A stretch of 64,000 bases of DNA, taken from Nitrosopumilus sp. (lineage in GTDB: Archaea > Thermoproteota > Nitrososphaeria > Nitrososphaerales > Nitrosopumilaceae). This document shows, piece by piece, positions 48,376 to 60,641 of the stretch. The notes beneath the pieces were generated by a model. The model saw only the letters and a program-made list of their open reading frames with translations, made no database searches and was not told where the DNA came from. Positions within the stretch are counted from its first letter, which is position 1. Each line of letters begins with the position of its first letter. The translations under genes and the position numbers were made by a program. Where the stretch lies: the NCBI GenBank assembly GCA_965223425.1, contig OZ245003.1, forward strand, positions 992,001-1,056,000, read 5' to 3'.

Positions 48376-50493
48376 ATGGTTACAGTTAAGAAAATTTTTG
48401 ATGAAACTATCCAAACTGATCACAAAGTCATTACTGAGGAATCATCCAAATCTATTCTCAAAACTTATGGTGTTAAAGTTCCGCCTTTTGCACTAGTTAC
48501 ATCTGCTGAAGAGGCAGCAAAACAGGCAAAGAAAATTGGTTTTCCACTTGTAATGAAAGTAGTTTCACCACAAATCTTACACAAAACTGATGTTGGTGGG
48601 GTTAAAGTTGGATTAGACAATGTCAACGATGTAAAAAAGACATTCAATGACATGTATGGCCGCCTTTCAAAAAAGAAGGGAGTTCAAGTCAAAGGAATTC
48701 TTCTTGAAAAGATGGTTCCAAAAGGTGTTGAACTAATTGTAGGTATTCAAAACGACTCACAATTCGGTCCAATCATTATGGCAGGACTTGGAGGAATTAT
48801 GACAGAAGTTATGAAAGATGTTGCATTTAGAATGCTTCCAATTTCTACATCTGATGCAAAGTCTATGATAAACGAACTCAAAGGTTCGAAACTTCTCAAA
48901 GGATTCAGAGGAAGCGAGCCAATTGATCTCAATATGGTTGCAAAAATGTTGGTACAAATTGGAAAACTAGGCGTTGATAATGCTGATTATATCAACAGTA
49001 TTGACTTTAACCCTGTCATCGTATATCCAAAATCACACTATGTTGTAGATGCAAAAATCATACTAAATAACAAAATAAAAAAGAATTCTATTTCAAAAGC
49101 AAAACCAAACAAGGAATCTATGGAGAAATTTTTCACTCCAAAGTCCGTCGCACTGGTAGGGGCATCTGCAACTCCTGGAAAGATTGGCAATTCTGTATTG
49201 GATGCTCTTGGAAAACAAGATTACAAAGGTAAAGTGTATCCAATTAATCCTAAACAAAAGTCAATTCTTGGAATCAAATGTTATCCGTCATTGGATGCAA
49301 TACCTGCAAAGGTTGATCTGGTTGTTGTCTGTATTGATCTTGCAGAATGCGGGCCTATTATGAAAATATGCGCTAAAAAAGGAATCCATAATGTTGTAAT
49401 AGTCTCTGGTGGCGGCAAAGAGCTTGGCGGTGACAGAGCTGCAATGGAGGCTGAGGTAAGAGAATTGTCTCTAAAGCACAAAATCCGCGTGGTTGGCCCT
49501 AATTGTATTGGGATGTTCAACGCTGCAAACCGTCTTGACTGTGCATTCCAAGGACAAGAAAGAATGGTACGTTCAAAATTAGGAAATGTTGCATTTTTCT
49601 CACAAAGTGGAACCATGGGAATTAGCATGTTAGAAAGTGCCGACGTGTTTGGCTTGTCAAAAATGATCAGTTATGGCAATCGCTCTGACGTTGATGAAGC
49701 AGATATGATATGGTATGCGGCAAGTGATCCCCAAACAAAAGTAATTGGATTATACGTTGAAGGCTTTGGAGATGGAAGAAAATTCATCAAAACTGCAAAG
49801 CGTGTAATGAAAGAAAGGAAGAAACCAATCGTTATTTGGAAGAGTGGAAGAACCGCTCTTGGTGCTAAACAGGCAGCATCACATACAGGCTCTCTTGGTG
49901 GTTCAAATGCAATCATTATGGGCACATTCAAACAGGCAGGAATTATCTCAGTTGATAGTTATCAAGAACTGGCTGGAGTCTTAAAGGCACTAGCATGGCA
50001 GCCTCCTGCCAAGGGTAATCGCGTTGCTATGACTAGTAATGGTGCCGGTCCGATGATTGGCGGAATGGATCATTTAGAAAGACTGGGTCTTACAATAGGA
50101 AAGCTGTCACCACAACTTCTCAAAAAAATGAAGGCTCGTTTTCCACCAACTGTTCCTATTCATAGCGGTAATCCAGCAGATGTAGGTGGTGGCGCAACTG
50201 CCGATGACTATAGATTTGTCATTCAGCAGTTTTTTGATGAAAAGAATATTGATATTGCCATGCCATGGTTTGTCTTCCAAGATGATCCACTTGAAGAAAC
50301 AATTGTCGGTCATCTAGCTGATTTCTCAAAGAAAAAGATGAAACCGCTTGTAGTTGGCTGTAACGGCGGCCCATATACTGAAAAAATGATAAAATTAGTT
50401 GAGAAACACAACGTTCCAGTTTACCAAGACCTTCGAACTTGGGTTGCAGTTGCGTCTGCATTGGCCCAATGGGGCAAAGTACGCGGAAAATAG
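48376..50493 (+). CDS. 3-hydroxypropionate--CoA ligase (ADP-forming), HP/HB carbon-fixation cycle
   Basis: 705-aa ATP-grasp plus CoA-binding fusion ([19 protein letters not shown]). Matches my recollection of N. maritimus Nmar_1309 and lies near the cognate hydratase. Confidence 0.88.
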   Translation: MVTVKKIFDETIQTDHKVITEESSKSILKTYGVKVPPFALVTSAEEAAKQAKKIGFPLVMKVVSPQILHKTDVGGVKVGLDNVNDVKKTFNDMYGRLSKKKGVQVKGILLEKMVPKGVELIVGIQNDSQFGPIIMAGLGGIMTEVMKDVAFRMLPISTSDAKSMINELKGSKLLKGFRGSEPIDLNMVAKMLVQIGKLGVDNADYINSIDFNPVIVYPKSHYVVDAKIILNNKIKKNSISKAKPNKESMEKFFTPKSVALVGASATPGKIGNSVLDALGKQDYKGKVYPINPKQKSILGIKCYPSLDAIPAKVDLVVVCIDLAECGPIMKICAKKGIHNVVIVSGGGKELGGDRAAMEAEVRELSLKHKIRVVGPNCIGMFNAANRLDCAFQGQERMVRSKLGNVAFFSQSGTMGISMLESADVFGLSKMISYGNRSDVDEADMIWYAASDPQTKVIGLYVEGFGDGRKFIKTAKRVMKERKKPIVIWKSGRTALGAKQAASHTGSLGGSNAIIMGTFKQAGIISVDSYQELAGVLKALAWQPPAKGNRVAMTSNGAGPMIGGMDHLERLGLTIGKLSPQLLKKMKARFPPTVPIHSGNPADVGGGATADDYRFVIQQFFDEKNIDIAMPWFVFQDDPLEETIVGHLADFSKKKMKPLVVGCNGGPYTEKMIKLVEKHNVPVYQDLRTWVAVASALAQWGKVRGK

Positions 50494-50659
50494 AGAGTTC
50501 TGCGTAATCTACGTTTGGCAATTCTTCGTGTTTACTTTTGTTTGGTGAATGTGATGACTAAAACATTATCTAATTGTAAATTCTGGAACCTTGGCAATAC
50601 CCTGAACTAGCATTGTATATACCGTCAATTTTTGTCATGGTTACAAAACATGCTACCGT

Positions 50660-51013
50660 CTAGTTTTTCATTTTTGTCTTCTTCTTTTGCAATTGCCCGT
50701 CAATTCTTCGTGAGGCAATTGCAGAAATCAGCTTGTCAATGTATGCTGCCTGAGTTGATTTCATGTTAAATTGAAACATTGTGGCATTGCCTATGATTCT
50801 AGTCTGTGTTACTACGTCTTGGGACTCTAACTTTTTGATTCCAGACAATGCAGTCTTGAATGACACGCCGGAGTTTTTTGCAATATCTGATACAGAGTAA
50901 TCCCATTCCTTGTAGGTGGATAGAAAATCTAGGATCTTGGAGCTGGCAACTGGAAACATGCTCTCTAGTGGTCCATCCGGCATTGCTTTGTTCTTTGATT
51001 TTGTTCTTATCAT
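50660..51013 (-). CDS. Winged helix-turn-helix protein
   Basis: KILDFL...DYSVSDIAKNSGVSFKT...L...VV...R.IG...FQFN pattern. Confidence 0.8.
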   Translation of the reverse strand: MIRTKSKNKAMPDGPLESMFPVASSKILDFLSTYKEWDYSVSDIAKNSGVSFKTALSGIKKLESQDVVTQTRIIGNATMFQFNMKSTQAAYIDKLISAIASRRIDGQLQKKKTKMKN

Positions 51014-51116
51014 GTCTTATGCACACTAGTATGCCATACTATATTATATTAAATTACTGTTTACTATATAATTTACTACATATACTTCTTATATGCAGTT
51101 TTCGTATAGTGAAGCT

Positions 51117-51368
51117 ATGAGGCAAAACAACATCCCGGTTTGGATTCTGCAAAAAATGTTTAGAAACAGAATCATCTGTGCAAAACACATATCGCTAGAA
51201 GATCTAAAGACTGGATTGCCTTCACATGTAAAGGATGGCATCGGTAAGGAATTAAAAAAACTAGTCAAACCAAACCTGCTGCTGACTCATCCCACATCTT
51301 ATGGCATGCAGTATCATCTAAACCCTCAAAAAATCAATGAAATCAAAAAGATTCTAAAAATCTCATGA
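51117..51368 (+). CDS. Small basic wHTH-like protein
   Basis: ILQKMFRNRII..KH...GLPSH...LV...L...PTSYG.Q..LNP..I.EI pattern; divergent from the wHTH gene. Confidence 0.7.
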   Translation: MRQNNIPVWILQKMFRNRIICAKHISLEDLKTGLPSHVKDGIGKELKKLVKPNLLLTHPTSYGMQYHLNPQKINEIKKILKIS

Positions 51369-51533
51369 TGTCTTCCTTCTGTTGGCGTGTTTGCCCATCT
51401 TTTCCATACAAGTCAAGATGGGTGAATATGCCTTGTATTTGGATCTGCTTGATCGTGTTTTGTTCTTAAAATGATCAGTTTGGCCTATTCAAAATATACA
51501 ATCCCATCTACTGCAAATAGAGAGAACATTTAA

Positions 51534-52319
<786 letters not shown>

Positions 52320-52485
52320 CCATTCCCTTTCTATTTTATTTTTTTATTTTATTTTTTTATTTTACAGTAACTAATTCAACTATCCACGGATGGAATGAGC
52401 AGAAGTAATTGTAGACTTTATGCATGATTGAATCATAAAAATTTTTCCGAAAGACTTGGATCTATTTTGATCGCCGCAACAGGTA

Positions 52486-52840
52486 ATGGAATCTCCAGAA
52501 CAGGCGATACGCAGGCTGCAAAGGGGCTCAAGCAGAACAACGCAGCAATCAAGCAGAGCAACAGAGCAACCAAGCAGAAGGACACAGAAATCAGCAGGTG
52601 CGAGAAGACAGTCGGCTTGCTACGCGAGCAGCAGCTGCTGCGCGAGGACAGCCTGTAGGCCGCTACAGATGCAGGCCGCTCTGATACGGACACGTCGCCG
52701 CCGCTGCCGCCGCACAGCAGGGTGGTGATCCGCGGCATACTGCATAGCAGCGCAAAGCTTGCAGGGATTACCGTATGACCTTGGAGGCAGATATCAATGA
52801 TTGACGGCCATGACAAAAAGCGACATGATTCTCGTATAAT
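52486..52840 (+). pseudogene. GC-rich degraded ORF with 21-bp heptad repeats, probable transposase N-terminal remnant
   Basis: MESPEQAIRRLQR/LKQNNAAIKQSNRATKQKDTEISRCEK...; frameshift and stops; GC-rich patch in an AT-rich intergenic space. Confidence 0.4.
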
Positions 52841-52898
52841 ACACCGTGTGGGATGGGTGAAAAGCTTATTATAATTTGAGCCAGCTTTTTTGTTTATA

Positions 52899-53249
52899 AT
52901 GGCAACTGAACAAACACAAAAGATGATCACAGTCACTGCAAAAGCAGCTGAGAAAATCAAAGAATTCATGAAAGAAGAAGCAGAGGCCCCTGAATACCTT
53001 AGGGTATACGTTCAAGGTGGCGGCTGTTCTGGCCTGTCTTACGGAATGGGCTTTGAAAAAGCGCCAGAAGAAGATGACATCGTCATGGAAGAAAACGGGG
53101 TAAAACTCCTAGTTGACAGCTACAGTGTTGACCATCTACAAGGTGCAAACGTAGACTATATTGAAAGCCTGATGGGATCTGGATTCAAGATCAACAATCC
53201 AAATGTTACAAAATCCTGTTCATGTGGTCACTCATTTAGCACTGAATAA
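52899..53249 (+). CDS. Fe-S cluster assembly accessory protein (IscA/ErpA/HesB)
   Basis: GGGCSGLSY and NPN...CSCGHSF motifs. Confidence 0.93.
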   Translation: MATEQTQKMITVTAKAAEKIKEFMKEEAEAPEYLRVYVQGGGCSGLSYGMGFEKAPEEDDIVMEENGVKLLVDSYSVDHLQGANVDYIESLMGSGFKINNPNVTKSCSCGHSFSTE

Positions 53250-53402
53250 GCAACTATTATTTCTCATTTTTAGATTTCTCTAGCGACTGCTATGCACTCA
53301 GATTACTTGAAAAATTTTGTATTTTTAGTGCAAATTTTTGCGATACCCTCATATACCGAAAGCAGAAACCACAATTATGATAATTAAGGAGATGAATAGT
53401 TT

Positions 53403-54545
53403 ATGCCTCAATCGGGAATTGTCAAATATCATGTTAAACTTTCCTATGAAGTTGATGGGCTCGTTGAAAGAGCAGATATAATCGGAGCCATCTTTGGCCA
53501 AACAGAAGGACTGTTGGGCCCGGAGATGAATCTAAATGAACTGCAACGAGTTTCCAAAGTGGGCCGTATCGAGGTCAATGCAAAGTCTACAGCTAACACC
53601 ACATCTGGTGATGCTGTCATACCAATGAGTACTGATATTGACACGTGTGCATTGATTGCTGCTGGAATTGAAAGCATCGACAAGGTAGGTCCGTTTGACT
53701 GTAAATTCAGATTAGATGCTATTGACGATGTAAGAGCTGCAAAAAAAGATGACATTGTAAGGCGTGCAAAAGAAATCAAGCAAAAATGGGCGACAAAAAC
53801 CGTCAGTGAAGGAGAAACAATGCTAAATGATGTCCACCAAGGCGATACCGGAAAACTGTCTACATACGGCCCTTCAAAACTTACTTGTAGTTCCGGCGTG
53901 TTTGATTCTAACTGGATTATCCTAGTTGAAGGCAGAGCTGATGTGATTAATCTTTTAAGAGCAGGATATGATAATGCCCTTGCCATCGAAGGTGCAAAAA
54001 TAGATGAATCTATCAAAGAGCTATGTGATTCTAAAGACACTATTGTAGCATTTCTTGATGGAGACAGAGCAGGTGGATTTATTCTCAAAGAACTCGCATC
54101 TGTTGTTTCAGTAGATTATGAACTTAGGGCAGACAATGATGTCGAAGTCGAAGAATTGACTCCACAAAGAATTGATGAAATTCTCAAACCAGTTGCTGAT
54201 GAAATTAAAGATGGAAAACCAGCTCCTACACTCACAAACGAAGACGATAAACCACTTGCTGATATGGTCTCAAAGGTTTTCCCAAACCTAAATGAAACCC
54301 TTGAAGCAATTGCACTAGACGATGATCAAAACGAAATTTTCAAGGTTCCAATCAGCGAGGTTGTCAGCAAACTATCCACACAGTCAGGAATCAAATACCT
54401 TCTACTGGATGGAATCATTACTCAAAGACTTTTAGAAGGTGCCAAAAATGCAGGTATTCAGTGTGTTGTTGGCCATAGAATTGCTAAACTATCAAACTCT
54501 GATGGAATGACACTGAAAACATTTGGTGACTTGGGCATATCCTAG
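53403..54545 (+). CDS. dnaG: Archaeal DnaG (TOPRIM, exosome-associated)
   Basis: GAIFGQTEGLLG, VEGRADV and DGDRAG motifs. Confidence 0.95.
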   Translation: MPQSGIVKYHVKLSYEVDGLVERADIIGAIFGQTEGLLGPEMNLNELQRVSKVGRIEVNAKSTANTTSGDAVIPMSTDIDTCALIAAGIESIDKVGPFDCKFRLDAIDDVRAAKKDDIVRRAKEIKQKWATKTVSEGETMLNDVHQGDTGKLSTYGPSKLTCSSGVFDSNWIILVEGRADVINLLRAGYDNALAIEGAKIDESIKELCDSKDTIVAFLDGDRAGGFILKELASVVSVDYELRADNDVEVEELTPQRIDEILKPVADEIKDGKPAPTLTNEDDKPLADMVSKVFPNLNETLEAIALDDDQNEIFKVPISEVVSKLSTQSGIKYLLLDGIITQRLLEGAKNAGIQCVVGHRIAKLSNSDGMTLKTFGDLGIS

Positions 54546-54553
54546 GATTCTAG

Positions 54554-55237
54554 ATGACTGAACTAAAGATTCAGCACATCTTAACTCTCTCTTACTTGTT
54601 ATCTAAAGGGGCAAAATACAATTACGTTACTATTACCACTTCCTCACTTGGAAAGAATATCAAAAGGTCACAACAGGCTGCATCAAAACATTTGCTCGAA
54701 TTAGAACAAAATCAATTCATTGAGAGAATCATCAGTGGAAGGAATATCTCTGTAAAAATTACTCCCAAAGGATTCTCTGAAATGGTAAAACTGTCATCTG
54801 TTTTACAAAAAAGTCTAGATTCCTCCCCTTCCAGTGTTGAGCTAAAAGGATCTCTGGTTTCCGGAATGGGTGAGGGCGCATACTATATGGGGTTAAAAGG
54901 ATACACAAAACAGTTCAAAGCAAAAATAGGATATGTTCCATTTCCAGGAACTCTTAACGTTAGACTAGATAAAAAAATTCATCAAGAGGCAATCAAACAA
55001 TTTGAAACTTTAGAAGGCATCAAAATCAAGAGCTTTTCAGATGGCAAGCGAACCTATGGCTGGGTAAAATGTTTTCCTGCCAAACTCAACGGCTCAACAA
55101 ATTGCCAACTAATCATACTTGAACGAACTCATCATGATGACTCGATAATTGAGCTGATATCCAAAGTTTGTATAAGAAAATCTGAAAAACTAAAAGATGG
55201 CTCAAAAGTTTCAATCAAAATTCCAATCCCTTCCTAA
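54554..55237 (+). CDS. ribK: CTP-dependent riboflavin kinase with N-terminal HTH (RbkR-like)
   Basis: SQQAAS HTH, VSGMGEG, PFPGTLN and ERTHH motifs. Confidence 0.92.
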   Translation: MTELKIQHILTLSYLLSKGAKYNYVTITTSSLGKNIKRSQQAASKHLLELEQNQFIERIISGRNISVKITPKGFSEMVKLSSVLQKSLDSSPSSVELKGSLVSGMGEGAYYMGLKGYTKQFKAKIGYVPFPGTLNVRLDKKIHQEAIKQFETLEGIKIKSFSDGKRTYGWVKCFPAKLNGSTNCQLIILERTHHDDSIIELISKVCIRKSEKLKDGSKVSIKIPIPS

Positions 55238-55854
55238 ATTCCATGGATTGATTTGCCATACTCTTTTTCTATTTTAGAGCTGGAGCTTTCAGGTATTGGA
55301 GACTGTAATCTTGCAACCTTTGCATCTAGGTTGATCCTTTTGCATCCGTCTGTGATGAATTTTTCTTGATGGACCTGATCATACCCTAACGCAATAATTT
55401 GCGGCCTTGCCCGATCGACAGTTTTGAATATGTCATCTTCCTGTCCAATTAGACAGAGATCTACAACTGAGAGTGAGTTTACTAGTTCCTGTCTCTGCTC
55501 TTGGTTGTGTAACGGACTCCGTTTCTTCATTTTTATTGTTGTGTTGTCTGTTGCAACAACAACAACCAAAACATCCCCGAGTGCTTTTGCTGCGTTTAAT
55601 GTATGGATATGGCCCGGATGAATAATGTCAAAAACCCCCCCTGCTAATACAACATGTAGCGAGTTTCTTCCAATCTCTGTAATGGTATTCCTGTCCTCGT
55701 TAACAAGTTGGTTCTTTACCAATTCATCAATTTTTGCGTTAATTACTTCTTCAGAAAGCATACTTTGCCTCATTATTTGTTCGATCGGTGATTTTCCATT
55801 AATCTGACATACATACATGGCAGAAAGAATTGCTTTTTCACTTAGTTCCAACAT
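55234..55854 (-). CDS. ribL: FAD synthetase (cytidylyltransferase family)
   Basis: GGVFDIIHPGH and ALGYDQ motifs; converges on ribK. Confidence 0.85.
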   Translation of the reverse strand: MLELSEKAILSAMYVCQINGKSPIEQIMRQSMLSEEVINAKIDELVKNQLVNEDRNTITEIGRNSLHVVLAGGVFDIIHPGHIHTLNAAKALGDVLVVVVATDNTTIKMKKRSPLHNQEQRQELVNSLSVVDLCLIGQEDDIFKTVDRARPQIIALGYDQVHQEKFITDGCKRINLDAKVARLQSPIPESSSSKIEKEYGKSIHGI

Positions 55855-56334
55855 TCTTCTTATTTCTAGACCCTCTCTTTAATTCATCGCTAAAGGGTTC
55901 TGATCACATGTAAACTACCAGCTTATAGTAGTGGTGTTGGCTGACCCCTTGTGTTACTCCAGTCGGTGTGTGCGGGTCATGGCGTTGTCTGTCTCAGCAG
56001 ATGAAAATGTACTCTTGACTCTCCTAGGATCCAAGTTTTAAACCAACTATGAAAACAATTCAGACAGAAAAAGCAATTGATCAGCGCCTCTGTTGTTCCT
56101 TATGTATGACCAAAAAGATCAACTGGGACACCATCTCGATACGGCAGACAAGGCATTTAAAATGTTGCCTGGCATTGAAGTTGTTGCGTAACTCGTGCCC
56201 GTGTCTGTTTTTATCAAAATCGTTGACGATTTTATCTACATCACGCAGTGATTATGGCAGATAAGCGCCCATGTTGGATTCTTTCTAGTGTCATGCGTAA
56301 TCTTTTTGATCGTTTTTCAATCCAAATTACTATG

Positions 56335-56979
56335 TCACAGATCAAGATCCCTCTTGATCTGCTCGTACTCCTCTTTGCTGATCTCACCAGTGGCGTACCT
56401 ATGCTTGAGGGTTTCTAGCGGGTTGGATTTGCGGTTATGAATCTGCTCGTACTCCTCCTTTGTTATCTCACCAGCTGCGTATTTGTTCTTCAGATCAGTA
56501 AGCTCAGATGAAAACGACTCGTCCACAACATGCTCTTCTAGGACATCATGGATCCTGTTGAATGCATCTGCCATCTTATGGTCGTATCCGGTTACTCCGG
56601 CAGAATACCCCTCATAGGTTGACTTGAAGGTGGTTTGGTTCCCGATTGCTTCCTTCAGGTAAAATTTCATGTACCGACTTTTGGATCCGTAATGGTCAGC
56701 GGCGGCTCCTAGACCCATTGTTATCATTCCATACGCGGCCTTTACCTTCTTGCTACTGCCACGTCCCCCGTAGGCCGTGATCCTTTTGTAGGGAACGGTT
56801 TCATCATTGACGATAGTGAATGTGGTTTTTCTCTTGATTCTGTCAATTATTATCTCATAGACCTCCTTAGGGCTGAGGTTAAGCAGGACATTGTCCCATG
56901 CTTGGAGTCGATCCATTCCCGCAGGAGCCTTTTCACCCTTGTTTACATCTGACCCGAAATTAGGTATAAATCGTATCAT
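56335..56979 (-). CDS. Protein with two C-terminal SHOCT domains
   Basis: LKNKYAAGEITKEEYE and LKHRYATGEISKEEYE repeats. Confidence 0.8.
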   Translation of the reverse strand: MIRFIPNFGSDVNKGEKAPAGMDRLQAWDNVLLNLSPKEVYEIIIDRIKRKTTFTIVNDETVPYKRITAYGGRGSSKKVKAAYGMITMGLGAAADHYGSKSRYMKFYLKEAIGNQTTFKSTYEGYSAGVTGYDHKMADAFNRIHDVLEEHVVDESFSSELTDLKNKYAAGEITKEEYEQIHNRKSNPLETLKHRYATGEISKEEYEQIKRDLDL

Positions 56980-57492
56980 AGACGGTAAAAAACAAGACGT
57001 TCTCGCTTATTATTATATCGGTTTTCAGCTAAGCGAAATGTGTCCCAAGCCTGAGATCATGTAGGCGGTTTGGACTGGCGTATGGGAAGTGATTCCAGCT
57101 GCACCCTAAACGTCAGCATGGTCATGGCACTGCCTTTCAGTGCCGTCAGAAAGCATTGCCCTGACAATTATCCATTCATTGTACAATACCAGAGAATGGT
57201 AAAAGCACAGCATCCGCGATTCCATGTCTGTGATCCGTGTCTTGGCCCCGCACTCCTCGATTTTGCCGTACTCATCTCTATCCCCCATCTTTTGGCATAG
57301 ACCTCGGTCCTGACTGCGGGATGGTTTGTTGCAAACCCGATGTACCTCCTTCTGGGCCATCAGAGTCTTTGGCCTTTTTCCTGTCAGTTATTATCATGGA
57401 ATATTCAGCAGAACCCAGGTTGTTTTCAATTACGTTCCCTGAGATCTTTCCTTCTCTTCCCCTGTGCAAACTCTTGCAGGCGGCCACCACGT

Positions 57493-58864
57493 CAGTAGTT
57501 CCCAGATGTAGATTTACCGCAACCGCAACTGGCATCGGTTCTACTTGCCTCGATCATTGACAAACAACTCGTTTCTGCTTGTAATGTACACGATAAACAG
57601 CGCCATGGTGAGTTTTTTTCCCGCAGAAGACGCTCTTCCGTGCCTCTTTCCCGCATCAAGGCAGAACCTGGCAATCCTCCACAGGTTGTACAGCAGCAGC
57701 GGCAGGTAAAACATCAGCAGCCTCACAGACAGGGAGTTGCTGCATGTCCTGCCCATGATCTCCTTTATGACGCGAAACCCCGTCTCGATGCCCCATCTTG
57801 CGGTACTGCTCCGGTATGATGCCTGTCATGGCTCTGGCGCTCCTGATGGGAATGTTTGTTGCAAACGCAATGTATTGCTCCTCCCCCTCCTCTTCCCCCT
57901 CCCCCTTTTTCTTCTTCTTCTTCCTGTCTCTTTTGACAATTACAAGGTTGTAGGTCACAGTTACGCCGTCTTTGTTGGTCATTGACTGCTGCGATACCTG
58001 GCTTGCCTTTCCGTCCTTGTACATCTTGACTATCCTCTTGATCTTGGAGTTCATGATGACAGGCATAATGTAGCGGCACCCGCCCTTTCCTGCCTCTGTC
58101 ATGCAGTCAACGTTGTAAAAGGCGCGGTCGTACAGGAACACAATCTTTGAGTGTGCGCCCCCCCTCTGAGGATTTTCGTGCGTGTTTTGGCTATAAAATC
58201 GGCCAGTTTTTCCTTTGCCGGCAGCAGCTTCGATTCCAGGACAACCTGCGAGGAGTCCCTGCCGACTCCGTGCACTGCGACATACGAGAGAAACGTGGAT
58301 GTTCCTGCCCTTGGACGCGACTTTCTTGTATGCTCCTGCAGCTGCTCCCCATGGTATGGTATGTCCGTAACGTCTATTGCAATGGCGTCGATGTCCTGCA
58401 GCATTCCTGCACGGCGGGCGTGCCGCACCGTGCGTGCCAGCGTCCTTGCACACCAGGCCTGCACGTCTGCCGGTTCGACGCCACGGACTGCAGACATGAC
58501 CAGGTCTGCATCAGGCGTACGTGCACCCGTGTCTTGAAGCCTGTTGTGCCGTACGAGGGATTCTACAAACGTGTTTCTCTCAGACGCCTTGATTAGCACG
58601 TCCAGTATGTCATTGCATCCGTATACGGCGTTGTGCCTCTCAGACATTGGCATGCCAAGCTTTTGAAACGACGAGCGCAGGATTTTAAACCGGTTTGATG
58701 TTATATTGTACTGGCGTGCGATCAGTTCGTCATGTAATTCGACTTTCATGACATATTGCACGCCGTAGCCTAATCTGGATCTTTGCATTGCAGTTATGCG
58801 GTAACGCACCGGCATCTGGGCATAAACCTACATCTAGGCACAAATCTACATCTGGGAACTACTG
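57493..58864 (-). mobile_element. ISH3-family insertion sequence, copy 2 (frameshifted transposase)
   Basis: Same TIRs as 6487-7852; 4-bp TSD acgt at 57489-57492 / 58865-58868. Confidence 0.92.
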
Positions 58865-59455
58865 ACGTTGTACGTGTTCTTGCACGGCATCAGAAACTTT
58901 ACGTTGTTTTCCTGCAGCCTGCTTATCGCATCAACTGAGAAGAACTCACGGTCAAGCAACGCCAGGTGTATCCTGATGCCCCCATCCCTGCCATGGTTTT
59001 GAGGACGGCATCCACGTAATCAGGCACGGATTCGAGCATCTTCAGGTATGATGCGGCAAGAACGATACGCATCTTGTCATTTACGCACTGGACTGTCATG
59101 TAGCGCTCAAGTATTTGGTTCCGTTCTTGTATTTGGAACGTGTCAGCTCCGCCCCCGGTACCCTGTCATAGCGCGGTATGAGGTGCATGTCGATTGCCAT
59201 GTCCAGTCCTTTTTTTGGAACCCTGCCCAGTCTTTTGAGGGTTTCAAGATGCCTTGCTATCTGGCCTTCAAGCGTGTGCTGGATTGCATCCTGCTCAATT
59301 CCCCTGATTGCCGATGCAATCCACCTGTCAGACGGGGCATTGCAGCCCTTGCGCCTTTGCGCCTTTGCGCATCCGCCCACAGAGGAATCCATGGTGGCAG
59401 CCTTTAGCATGCCGCAGTTCAGATCATCTGATCCAAACGTTGCGTTGTACCTGTA

Positions 59456-60593
59456 GTTAGCACATTAAATAATTGAACATTTTCACAGGCAGGATCTCCT
59501 TTCTGGCAAACAGCTTGCGTACTGACTGCTCCATCTCATCTAGCGTGCCAAACACTTTTGCAGACAGTACCCGTTTTATCACCCTCCACTGCATCTCAAT
59601 GGGATTAAGCTCCGGCGTGTACGGCAGCAGGTACTCCAGAACTATCTCGCCGTTGTATCTTTCCAGAAACTCCCTTGCCTTTTTGGATTTGTGATATGAC
59701 GCATTGTCTACAAACAGCAGCACCTTGCCGAATCTTTTGTGAACCCGTTCCAAAAAGCTGCAAAAGCTGTCGCTGTTTGACTTTTCATAAAACATAAAGT
59801 AAAATGCGTTTGCCGCCAAAGCTCCAAAGATGTATCTTCTTTCGCGTGACAAAACAGAGGGGGATGTGGCGCGCTTGCCGCGCCTTCTCCACCCGTAGCC
59901 GGGCCTGTTTGATGCCTTTTGAATCGAGGATGCATCGCCGGCCAGTACGGTGTATCCCTGCGCCGACTTTTCTGCAACGAGTTTTTTTGCCCGCTCCTGA
60001 AACTCTTTTTGCTTTCTTTTTGAGGCTGATCTTGGGTTTTTTGGACGCGCCTTGCTCCACGAAAAGCCCATCTCCCTGACCAGCTGCAGCGCGCCTGTCT
60101 TGCTGTACTGCACGCCGAACTTTTTCTTGATGTGCAGCCTTACCAGGTTGGAATCCCACAGGCTGCTCTCAAAGCCGCATGACTCCGGGCCCGCATCCAG
60201 GTCTGCTGCAAGCTGTCTTGCCTGCGGCCCGCCTATCAGGTGCTTTCGTCCCCTGCCGCTGCGCTCGAACCTTGCGCGTATTCCCTCGTCCTGTGCGCGG
60301 TTGAGCCATGCAGATATGGTGGACTTGGGCCTTCCCAGCATCCCTCCGATCCTGTCTAGCGGCACGCCGTCCTTGCGCTGCATGTACGCAAGCAGCCTGT
60401 CGCGCCTTCTGGGATCGGTCTCTTTTTTGTATGCCCTTTTGAGGTCTGCAACGCTGGTGTTTGGCAGAAATTTTGCCCCCCTTGCAACCTGTCTCTTTTT
60501 TTGTTTGTACATGCAGTGTGTGCGGTATGGCCGGTCTTGGATCTTTTGGCCAAAAATAATTGTCAAAATGGTTCAGGTTTTTTATGTACTTAC
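59456..60593 (-). mobile_element. IS630-family element, copy 1
   Basis: TA duplication at 59454-59455 / 60594-60595; imperfect TIRs gttagcacattaaataattgaac vs gtaagtacataaaaaacctgaac. Confidence 0.9.
59457..60566 (-). CDS. IS630-family transposase (intact)
   Basis: HTH domains, GDAS, VDNASYH and PYTPELNPIE..W motifs. Confidence 0.92.
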   Translation of the reverse strand: MTIIFGQKIQDRPYRTHCMYKQKKRQVARGAKFLPNTSVADLKRAYKKETDPRRRDRLLAYMQRKDGVPLDRIGGMLGRPKSTISAWLNRAQDEGIRARFERSGRGRKHLIGGPQARQLAADLDAGPESCGFESSLWDSNLVRLHIKKKFGVQYSKTGALQLVREMGFSWSKARPKNPRSASKRKQKEFQERAKKLVAEKSAQGYTVLAGDASSIQKASNRPGYGWRRRGKRATSPSVLSRERRYIFGALAANAFYFMFYEKSNSDSFCSFLERVHKRFGKVLLFVDNASYHKSKKAREFLERYNGEIVLEYLLPYTPELNPIEMQWRVIKRVLSAKVFGTLDEMEQSVRKLFARKEILPVKMFNYLMC

Positions 60594-60641
60594 TATGTCT
60601 GATGTGTTGGCGCATGCAAGCATGTTTTTGGCGCCGTCTGC

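Noticed and set aside
55895-56270. GGTTCTG at ~55896 plus a Cys-containing ORF as the partner transposase of the TnpB element
   Set aside because: Only 7 bp match the TIR and the ORF has no DDE motifs; at most an unidentifiable relic.
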